From Iphione sp. A-MEVVRFRX5 (Eukaryota), in contig OZ320315.1 of the NCBI GenBank assembly GCA_976226885.1, positions 78,058,001-78,122,000 of the forward strand: DNA of 64,000 nt, in the 5' to 3' direction. The position numbers were made by a program, and so were the translations under genes. Under the pieces are notes generated by a model. It searched no databases, was not told where the DNA came from, and saw nothing but the letters and a program-made list of their open reading frames with translations. Shown here piece after piece: positions 39,399 through 49,700 of the stretch (the first letter of the stretch is position 1; each line of letters opens with the position of its first letter).

Positions 39399-40657
39399 TT
39401 ATCCTTCTTGTCTTTGGTGTCTGGCTTTGTAGGGGCTACCATCCTAGCTTTACGGGCACATTCAACGGCGGAGTGCTGGCACTCCTTGTTGGCTACGCCC
39501 ATCCAGCACACGGCGCAGCGGTGGTGGTAGGTGACGCCCGCCTCCTTGTGCTTGTGAGGTTTCGGGCACGCCGACATGTTGTAGTAGGTGCATGGGGCAT
39601 CGGTAATAGTCCCGTCGGTAGTCCCCCTGCACAGGGCGAGGCACGTTCTCATCTCTTTGATAGTTGCCTCGTCCTTCCAGGTAATGATGCCTTGATTTAC
39701 CTGGTTAATAACAGTAAGAGACCAGCGGCGGACGTTCTGCCATCTGTGGGTAATAGAAGCATGCAAAACGTCTTCAATGTGTGCCAACTGGTACCAGAGG
39801 GTCGTCCTGGGTAGAATGGTCCTCCTCACCATAGCGGTCAGCCCCAAAACGTGCTCCACTGGGGACAGGTCGTCCGGGGACGGTCTGTCCTTGATATCAT
39901 CAGCAAAGTCCTCGAGGCACATGTAAGGGCGCCAGAATTGAACCATACGCTCCTTAATAGGGTCATATACCCTCTTACCTCGGGTGCGGTGAAAGGTGGT
40001 TGTCGTTTCAGACTGCAAGGCCTTGTCTATGTACGCCATAGACTCCCTCGGGATACGGCGTCTGCGGCGTACGTAGTGGTCGTCATCCTCGGAGGACGAC
40101 TCCCACTCGGAGGAGTCGTAGTCGTCTTCGTCGCTGAAGTCCGGCGTAGTCTGGCGCTTTGAGCGGCGATGTCTCTTTGTCGATGAGTAAACCGGGCTCC
40201 TGCGCTTCGACACTACCTTGGACCTAACGTGGCGTCGGCGTCCCGGCGTGCTGCGGGGGTGTCTAGTCGACGCGGGCGTTGTCGTCCTGGACGGGTCCTG
40301 TGGGGGGTCACTCCCCGCCGGCTTTTCCGGGGGGCGAGACGGTCCAGGGTCCTGTGGGTGTTGCGGCTCCGGAGGCACGTCCTCGGGTTTCTTCTTGGGC
40401 GCCGGGGTGGCGTCTCCTTTCGACCGGCTCTTCTTCCTCTCCTTTTTCTGATGGAGAGAGAGCAGCAACTCGATCCCAGCCTCTAGCTTTGTAATCCTAT
40501 GCTCGAGGGGGTCCTTTCCCTGTGGTCCAGCGGGAACCACCGGGACAGTTGGCGGGTCGTTTTGCGGCGGCTGATCGGCGTCATGGACGCTATCGTGATC
40601 GTTGTTGCCGGCATTACCACGGGGGTCAGGCGGCAGTGTGTTGTCGGTGTCCGACAT
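39332..40657 (-). CDS. Gag-like ORF1 of the YR retrotransposon (441 aa from the first ATG)
   Basis: ATG at 40657 in context gctaacATG; the track start at 40669 is a TTG. The protein has a Pro-rich N-terminus, a coiled-coil-like segment (LEHRITKLEAGIELL), basic/acidic blocks, a Trp-containing core (HRWQNVRRWSLTV...ITW) and a C-terminal Cys/His cluster CTYYNMSAC...HHRCAVC...HSAVEC. Position and Cys/His pattern fit a DIRS-type Gag. Confidence 0.88.
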   Translation of the reverse strand: MSDTDNTLPPDPRGNAGNNDHDSVHDADQPPQNDPPTVPVVPAGPQGKDPLEHRITKLEAGIELLLSLHQKKERKKSRSKGDATPAPKKKPEDVPPEPQHPQDPGPSRPPEKPAGSDPPQDPSRTTTPASTRHPRSTPGRRRHVRSKVVSKRRSPVYSSTKRHRRSKRQTTPDFSDEDDYDSSEWESSSEDDDHYVRRRRRIPRESMAYIDKALQSETTTTFHRTRGKRVYDPIKERMVQFWRPYMCLEDFADDIKDRPSPDDLSPVEHVLGLTAMVRRTILPRTTLWYQLAHIEDVLHASITHRWQNVRRWSLTVINQVNQGIITWKDEATIKEMRTCLALCRGTTDGTITDAPCTYYNMSACPKPHKHKEAGVTYHHRCAVCWMGVANKECQHSAVECARKARMVAPTKPDTKDKKDKKDIRTEKYDKNDAAKNGHSRD

Positions 40658-40666
40658 GTTAGCGAT

Positions 40667-40753
40667 CAATGCTTACAGTCTGGCGGCGGGCCGCAAACTG
40701 AGTCACTGCGCGCCCAGTGTAATTAATCCGCGTGACGTCACGCCACGCGGGCC
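40667..40753 (-). repeat. Split direct repeat A1 (5' terminus of the element)
   Basis: 87 bp identical to 36223-36309 (caatgcttacagtc...cacgcgggcc). Confidence 0.97.
40696..40743 (-). promoter_or_regulatory. Putative core promoter within A1
   Basis: On the minus strand: a 14-bp palindrome GCGTGACGTCACGC containing a CRE (40730-40743), AT-rich ATTAATTA (40720-40727), then TGACTCA (AP-1) overlapping an Inr-like TCAGTT (40696-40701), about 40 nt upstream of the gag ATG. Motif-level evidence only. Confidence 0.55.
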
Positions 40754-43700
40754 GATTATTGGCCCGGTGAGAGTCGCTGCATGCCCGCCCGAGGCGCACG
40801 CGACGGTGGGTGGGTGGGAGGGCGGGATGGAGGGAGGGAGGGAGGGAGAGAAAAGGGAGTGGAGGGTGGGCCGGGAAGGATTAATTATTTAGAGTCGGTT
40901 TTACTCTCCCAACTGCTGGCAAACTCCTGGAGGACATGGTGATTTGACTGTGCGCCGGTCCCTCATAGGATATCATACGGAGGTTTTACATATGGCCCCT
41001 GGGAAAGAAAATCATGGTCTCTGGTTTACCTCTAAACGCACCCATTCCCACGTGTACTATGTTGTAGGAGCAGGAACGATGTCGTTTTGAACAGCTGTTC
41101 TAGCAGGATTTGATGTAAAGCAAATCTAACCATTGACACTTAATCAGTAGGATATAAAGTAATTTTGGTTCAATGGGAAATCTTAATTTCTTTTAGCAAT
41201 TCACCTCTAGCTAGGATCTTTACTAACATATTCCATCCATATGTAGATGGACGTGAATATCTAGACCTGTGGCAAGGCAAAACGAAAACTGTGATGGCAT
41301 TCCAGTGAAAGAATGTGTTCTGTCCTACTGCAGAAAACAAAAGACTAAGTGTAATACATCCAACACGTTAACTATTCCTTATACACTATTGTTTTTCTTC
41401 CATTTTAGTCCAACTGTATTTGATTTGCTTTGTACATACAGTTCTGATAGAGACGTATTACCTCTGGCATTTTGCTGCACTGAGTGTGGAACACACACAT
41501 GTACTGCAGTACTCTGAGACGGTGAGAGGGTAGTGTGCATACCTGCATGTTGCATAAAATGGAATACACTGTCTTATTTAAACACCAGTTAGATGCTCAG
41601 TGTAGGGAATCAAATATGAAAATGCATAATACCTTAATTAGCTTAAATAGACCAAGATTAATGATCTCTTTGTGCTAAGCTCCGTAGTATAAATTTAAAA
41701 CGAAACCAGTGAGTCAGCGCCTCACTACTTGTTGCACGCCAGTAACATATATACATGTAAATACATGTCATACTTAACTTAATACTCTCTTTCCATGTAC
41801 AAAAATAAGATTCTATATTGTTGGTGGTACGACAGCACCATACTCAACTATTTTCACAAATGGAAATGCACTTGTTCCGCCATAGCTAAACGTTGCGTTC
41901 AGGTCAGGTCGAATCGCATGTGTACCAATTACCGCGACCCCTGATCCACCCTGGCCCAGGGTCCTGATGGGAGGTTCTGCTGGTAGAAAAGGTTGAAAGG
42001 TCACTTGCTGATCGCCTGTAATTCTGGTTTGTTTGTTAAAGCTAATGCGGTGGGCTACATTTTTGTACTCCGGTATGATGATTTTGAAGCAGGCGCTGAG
42101 AAGTCAGTATTGACATATTTGGCGTGGGAAGATTAAGTAATAATACATACACGTACATGTATATACAAATGGACACGTAACTGTTCAGGTAAATAGAAGC
42201 CGACAGTTTAACTATGGGCTCTAGAAAGCATTTTTTTCACATATGCAGCCATGTTTAACTTTACTAGGTCATTTATAACTACAGTTCACAGAGACTAGAC
42301 TACTGTTAATATACATGTACATTGATCTGAAGTGACTCCAACCGAGATTTGAGAAAGTAAGACTTAATGTACATAATTTGTGCCATGTTTCATTTTAACA
42401 AGGTGTGAATGCAGCCTTTCTGTAAAGCGAATGCATGTTTTGAATACGTTTCGTTTTCACACACCATCTGTGTATCCAACTTGGTTACATTCAAATGGCT
42501 CAGAAAGTCACTATACGCCGTTGACTAAGAAATCCAGCACACAATCTTTGCCAGGTCGATACGCATGCAGACACATGCCCAAACATAGGCCCGCTTTCAC
42601 AAAGACAAATTGATTCTCACCGTGCGGTAAGTTGTCAAGCGCAAATCAAACCTATCGGTTTTGACATGACATCAGTCATTCGTGAGTTGTCGATAACTGA
42701 TGGGGGTCCTTTTATCTGTTTGTTTCCCATTCCTCTCAGTAAAGAAGAACATAAGGTTGCGCTTGAAAGGGGCCGGGGCGGCGGCGGGTGGATGAGTGTT
42801 TGCGATGAGCAGTCGCTTGTAGCTTGGGCGGCCGTTAATTCGCCCTCAGGTCATTAAAGAGTCATTAATCGTTAGAACAATGACAGGGCGGTGATTAAGA
42901 GACCATGGCCCCCCCTCTTGTGTTTACCTACACTGCATGCTGCCCGCCCGACCAACTCTATGGGGAGCGCGCGGCCGAGACGGAGCGGCGCCGACCGGCT
43001 GGGCTTGTAATGCATTACCAAAAAAAGGGACAGACTTGATCCTGGCTCCCAAGTACGGCCGCGTACTCCACGGAATATCAAATGAAGGATGGATACCACG
43101 CTCGATGCACCCGCAATCCTCCAGCGCATGTAAGAGATAAGTGCGACTGTAAGTAGTATAAATGCTAGGCGGTCTGCTTCAGGCGACACACAGCAGGGCC
43201 CCGACACATGGTCCCAAGTTCGTTTTATATTTAAGTAACCACTGGGAACGTATTCTCGCCACCACTGATGAGTCACTCTTTCTAGGTCGTGACCAGCAGA
43301 TAAAGACATGTCTCTGAACTAAGCAGCTTCCATAACAACCCTTCCAACCCCAATTTTACCTCTCGCTGCGGTCATTTCAAGATTGCACGGGAGTTTCCCT
43401 TCCCCCTACAGTTGTCGGACGCACGGGTGAAATTATAATGCAACAGGGTGTTTCATATCGTGCTTCGTTGAGCGCTGGCAACATCCTCTCCTTACTCACT
43501 GGGTCGACCTGACCACTAGGGGTCGGCACTGTCGGGACCAGCTGGGGGCACGCCGGACCAGCCTCCAGTGAGCCGTGAATAATTGACGAATTTGTCACCT
43601 CGCCCTGGCCCCTCATCTTCTCGTGTTCGCTCGACCGTATCGGCACCGTCGCAGCATGCCAATGGAGGCCAGCCGGCCCGCGTTAATAACGCATCCACTC

Positions 43701-46700
43701 TGATTTGCATCGCCTTTTATGATCACCTCGGCCAAAATCAACAAATGAAACCAAACGCCCCGATTGGATTAAACCGCCATTGCGCGCCGCATTCAGCGCC
43801 CTGCAAATCAAATTGCGCATGCATTGAATTATTCTATGTGCCGAGTCTGTGCGCATGGCTCACCAGTCCGGCTTGCTGCTTGTCACAATGCTTTCCTCAG
43901 TTCTTCTGAACAGAAAATCACACACGATTCATACTGACTGATTCAGAATGTGACTCCCTTTCATCCCGAACTTCCACAGAGCGGGGAAAATATTAGCTTT
44001 CCATTGGTGTCCATCTCTTCCGGGTAGAGAACACAGAGAGGGAAGGGACGCTTGCAGTCTGTCCCTAATGATGAATTTCACATAAAATATACTGGAAACG
44101 TGTGGTAACATTCCTGTTCTCCGGGGCTTGAGAAGGCGAGTCCTAGAGTACGACTTTATTATACCTCCCTGGAGGACTCCGCCAGCCACCGCCCACTCAC
44201 CGTTCCTGCCAACCCTACCTTAAGAAGGCCGCTCCATGGACGACTACAGGAGGTGAGTCATAAGTCCTCCAGGGGAAATAACGTCTCCTGTTGCTGACGT
44301 ATTGCCACCAACAAAGGCAAGCTGCCAGTCACAGGTGCTGCCGACTGTAATGTCTCTCGGTTCAACAACTAGTCAGGTGGTGACGACGGAGTAACCCATC
44401 CGGGAATGTCGACCTACGATCCACGGCCTTGGCAGCATTACACAAATCTTACTCCAGTTACAAGTTCTAAGCTTCAAGGCAAGTGCAAGCTACCTTTTTT
44501 TTTAAAGAACATTAATTGTCATTTTAGAATGACCTTCGTACAACTCAATTTACATGTACATATCGAATTGATACAGCTGAAATCAAGTCTTTCTGAAATA
44601 AAATAAAAGATAAAGGCGTTTGTTATCTTTAACGTGCACTACATACCGTAAATAAAGAGAAAACCTCACATTATGCATGGAAATAGGATTCACAGCCTTG
44701 TATTTTCCCAAAGAAATGACATCGACGCAGCAACTCCTACTCTCTGCTTTCCAGGTCTAATGAAATATTTGCACAAGTAGAAACGTCGGCCGGGAAGATG
44801 TCTAACATCAGCAGAACAAAAGAGGTTTTTATTTCACTTGCAGGCAGAACAAACACAATTCGTTATCTGCTACGAGAGCCCTGTGATGAGATCTACAAGT
44901 GCCTTTCAGAAGTAGCGTCGTCATGACAACATCCAATAACGCCCTGTGCAAAGAGTCTATCCTATAGACATGAACGACAGCTCAACACGGTGTTTTCACA
45001 ACCCTATGTACATATCAACCGAAGTATGCGCACTCCTCTTAAAAACTATACTCTGCCGCCTCAGAACAGAACTGGTTAGTTGAAGAAATATCCTTCCGCA
45101 CCAATCAAACGCCCATGGGATAACTACTCGAACTTGACTTTTTTAAAAGTCGCGCGTGCATTTTTTTCGGAACTTTAGCTGACAAGCGCCAATTTACGGT
45201 CCGGGCGTTCCCTTTCAAACTACTTCAAAGCCGGGGACATACCCCTCAGCCTTTGGAGCATTCGCAAGAAGTGAGACTTTTCTCTGAGAATTGCCCCTGG
45301 GAGTGTGAGTGATTGTTCCAGCCTCCATCATGCATGATCAACCCGCAGGCGCGTTTTCAATCCCACAAATGGAACGCATAATGGATTAGGCGTGCTGCGC
45401 TGCCGCATATTGACACGGAGACGGACTTGTTGAGCGCTGACAGCCGCCGCATAAGGAGGCATTCAGGAGACGTCCCTTACCAAAGAGGGCCTCGCTGGAC
45501 TGCGGGCCGCCTGCGACCGTATGACTAATGTCCTCGGCACAGAACTCATTGCACATGTCTGAGCGGTTGGGGGAGGGGGGGGGAGAGACTCACGTCGGGG
45601 GCGCTGGGGGATGGGGTTGCGGCTAGCGTCCTGGACCGCGGTGGGATACCAACGAGAGGCTTCAAGTATGATTTTAGTATGCACGCACGTGTGTGTGCGT
45701 GTGTGTGTGCGTGCAAGACAGTGTGTTTCAGTGGGTGGTTCGGTGGTGGGAATTTGGAATCCCATCGGTACTACAATATTGAAAAATAAAGTATAACAAC
45801 GGAAAATTATTTAAAACCATACACATGGTTATCGTTTGAAGTATGTCTTTGTGAAAGCGACTATTTAGTTTACTTGTGAACAAGGACGTGTGCATGCAAC
45901 ATGTATGACAGGCATCTTTCCGAAGTAGCAATGGATGGAATTTGAAATGAATTCTGTATCAATGACAATATTACCAGAAGATACATAAAGTTCAAAAGAA
46001 CTTTTGTGTGCATGATATGCGAGACGATGGTAAACCTCCCGAAAACTTCAATGTTTATACGATCGTTAATTTTGAATGCTATACGCAAATCTGATCGATA
46101 TCCAGACTGTAAAGAAAGTATCTACGGCAAGCAATACATAGATTAGGGTCAGGAAGTTCCATGGTAACCAAACATGTTGTTAAAGGGCACCTGCTGCCAA
46201 CAGTCGGCTTTTACATATTAAAGATCATCCTGGAGTAGAGCGAACATTGAAGTCTATACCAACGCCATGCACTTTTTATGTCGGACGACCATTGCACTCG
46301 AGTGCTTGGGCGTGTTTTGCCCCGTCGTGTCCTAAGATTTAAAATATTCATGCAGATCATGCCAGTACACATACAACAACTTACCGGTGGCGGGTACGTC
46401 TGGCTTATACGGCTGAATCCTTGCAAATAAATGTAGACACGTTGGATGCCATTTATAAAGCTCAACGGGCGTCAATTAATTTCTTATTAGTTACGTCATG
46501 TTCACGGCGTCTATGAGGGTTCAATTCATTTATATCATTGCGACGATGATCTCATAGGCTTATGGCGAGAGAATTCGTCATTTTCCCTTCAGTATGAAAT
46601 TTTAGTGAACTACTATTACCAGAACCACACAGCGTGATATATGCGGACATCTATACATTCACACTTGTTACAGGTATGAGGCATAAGCCGCGGAGGGATT

Positions 46701-49700
46701 TCTGAATGGGCATTGAAGACCCAAAGTGACCCTCGCTATTCCTGTGAATGTGGGCTATCCTGGACACGGCAAATAGCTGAACGCCCCCGGCTTGTCACCC
46801 TGACGACCCTCATCACCGTAGGTGTCAACTCAGTGTGGGTCGGCCCGAGCCCTGGCCATGCCCTCCTGCCTACAATAGCCTCATGTACACACCTCGGCCC
46901 CATCGTTCTGGCCGGTCCTTTTGTTGCCCCCCGAACAATAGGTTGGAAACACACGGCCAACTCAATCATGACTCTTGCCATATATAGTGGCGTCTCAGCG
47001 AGAGGTAACATCAGCTTCCTGGAAATACAGCAGGCCATCAGTAACACGGTGGATAAGTATCAAAGCGTCACTGTACCCGAGGGTCTTTGAGGGGCTCCAT
47101 GCTTTTGTTGGACAAGTCATCAGGACGTCCACCCACGTCCTTTATGCTGCATCTTTTTATATGAGGATCGCAGTGGCCAGATACATGTGAAAAGGTCATA
47201 TAAATGATACAAATGCTACGTACACTATGGGCAGTCGGCCAGTCCCTTTATGACATATTCAGCATCCAGAGCAGCTTTTACAGGCCCCATAGACACCCAG
47301 TTCCTGGCTCCCCAAATTCATCTCTTTTATACCGGCTCCCGTATGTATACATTAAAGAGATGACACCGACAGGGGCCTATCGGCGCCACATAGGCCTTTC
47401 ATAAGGACATTTTATTGCGAGTTTATCTATGGTGGTATCATAGGGGGGCCCAAAGAGGCTTTGTGTGTGTGAGATGAGCTGCGGGTTAGTGGTGCCTCTC
47501 TGATGGCTCTTCTGACGCTCCTGCCAGGCCAATGATACCATGATACCGGTAAGAGCCCCCGATAGAGGCGGGAGGATGAGGTGGGTGGGCCTCTGTCGAC
47601 GTCCAATATCCGCCGGGGCCAAATGCGTATATGAAAAGGTGGCGGATCATCAAGGTAACCAGGGGCTGTATCCCATGCTATCGTGTAGCCCACACAATCA
47701 CCATAAACAATGGGAACAGTGCCCATACACCTGCTAATGGAGACTGTTATTGCGCTGTTCTAATATCAAAGCCTATCACTGACACAGTGGCATTAGTGTG
47801 ATATTGGGATATTTTTTTTTGTTCGCTTAACGGGGAACATCCTCCACCCCGCAGCAATTCGTCAATCGGACAGCATCGGGGTGTTGTGAACGTCAGTCTG
47901 GACTAGCTCCTATTGCATATGCTTCATCTCGGAAGCTTTGAGGTCCTAACCACCCGGCCTAGTTTTCTGCCGGCCGGATCAGACATGAGGCAGCCGTAAA
48001 CTTCTGCAATGTCGTCCTACTCTACTTTAAATGATAAAGATTCCTACCTTGAGGTAATGGACTTTGATCTGGAAGTAATAAACAATAGGAGTCATTAGCG
48101 CACATCGACAACATTTCCAGCATCGAAACAATACAGTGACAGTTCATTAAAATTAAAGCGGACAGGCAGGTAGAAAAGATGGAAAAACGAGCTGGATTTT
48201 TTTCCAGCCGCCAAATTAGTGGCTCGTCTCCGCTTTCATCTGCTCGAGAACCACTGTAGCTGGCACAGCCCTCAAAATAAATCATCCTCATCTTTCTAAT
48301 CGGTCATTGGGAGGCCCCACACAGCGTGCAAAAAGCAATTTCAAATATTTGTGAGGTCCTCGGCTAGACAAAAGAGCCTTAATTAAACAAATATGAACCT
48401 ATTGACTCTGCACAGGACGTGAGCATGATTCACGAAAGGATTTTCGCTCGGCTGTCTCTCCCAAGAAAAATAAAACAACAAAAACAAGTCACCATCAATC
48501 AACCGGTCGCGTTGGGAAGTGTGCCACCGTGCGAAAAGTTATGATTTCTGTTCCTGTCGTTTACCCCATTTCCATGTGTCGGCTTCCTCCCCCTTCGAAT
48601 CGTAAAGCTGCCTTATCCTTAAGTGCCCTGTCACATGGGTAGCCCTTTGACAAAAGCTTGGGTATCTTGTAGCTGACTGTCTCAATTTGTCGGCCTAACT
48701 CGTTCCTTGGAGTCAATTTAAATTCACTCAGCCTTGTAAAATGATCGCCCGGTATCAGTGACAGATGCCTATAACATGTGCTCCAACAGAAGTACTTCAG
48801 AGGGAGGGGCTATAGCCTGGTATCTCCCCGAATCGCTGGGCTGGATATAACGTTACAAAACACTATACATGTATCAGAGGGCCGATTAAACTACTTCTTC
48901 AGGAACGAAAGTGATATTGTCAGTCAGGGGGACATTCCTGGATACATGTGAACCTGAAAGTAGTGCCTACTATAAGGAATGGGTACATCTTCCAACAAAG
49001 ATGCCATATGATACGCAATCAGGAGGAATCCAGTGTACGTCCCGTATGAACTTTTATTATTGACCATGAATGCAATGCGAGGCATTTGCAAGAACATGCC
49101 TACATGTACATGTATGTTGATTTCTCCTTGGTTGTCGTTCGCGGTCACTCTCAGCCGATAGTTTTCACTGGGCTGACAACCCGGAGGGTTTGACGGAGAT
49201 AAGTATTTTCAGGTCGAGGTGGGTTCGCCCGTCGTTCCCTCTTGACCCTCTCAGCACAGGCCTCCGGGAGGCGAGACGGGCCTCTGACGTACGGTAAATA
49301 TTGGGCACTTACACCTGCCCCATCCCTCAATGCATACCAAGCACAGGTGGAAGAGCACCAAGCGCTGAACAAATGACATAGGAAAACAAAGCTGAAAAGT
49401 TACTTCATGGCAAAAGCCGGCTACACCTACACACACCCTCTGCAAGAATGTTGAAAATTATTGCCAATTACGCTAGGTATGCACGGGCAAGTGCGAATCC
49501 GTTGAGGCTACGTGTAGCACATTCATGCCTCAAAGGAAGAAGGGGGAGGGGAGTGTGGAGGGGTGGAGGAGAGAGTAGGGTAGAGAATATGGGAGGGTGG
49601 CGTGGAGGGGTAGACTATCTGAGAGCTATCAGCGTGGTGTGTACACGATGGGAGGTGCTCGAGGGTCGGGTTTCCGTTTGAATTGCTCGCGCTGAGGATT

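Larger units (their letters stand above)
35992..40753 (-). mobile_element. Full-length tyrosine-recombinase retrotransposon (DIRS order, Ngaro/PAT-like split-direct-repeat type)
   Basis: Minus-strand order is A1, gag-like ORF, RT/RNase H ORF, tyrosine recombinase ORF, B1, A2, 58-bp spacer, B2. A copies (87 bp) and B copies (173 bp) are identical by eye. There is no integrase, protease or target-site duplication, as expected for YR retroelements. Confidence 0.96.

Noticed and set aside
35992-40753. DIRS1-type inverted terminal repeats or a TSD
   Set aside because: The repeats are direct and split; no duplicated target beyond the shared ATTA core.
36760-40892. Many plus-strand and alternative-frame ORFs inside the retrotransposon
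   Set aside because: Shadows of GC-rich coding sequence; no motifs.
43701-43810. 9-bp inverted repeat tgatttgca / tgcaaatca with an octamer-like motif
   Set aside because: Too short and too widely spaced to exceed chance.
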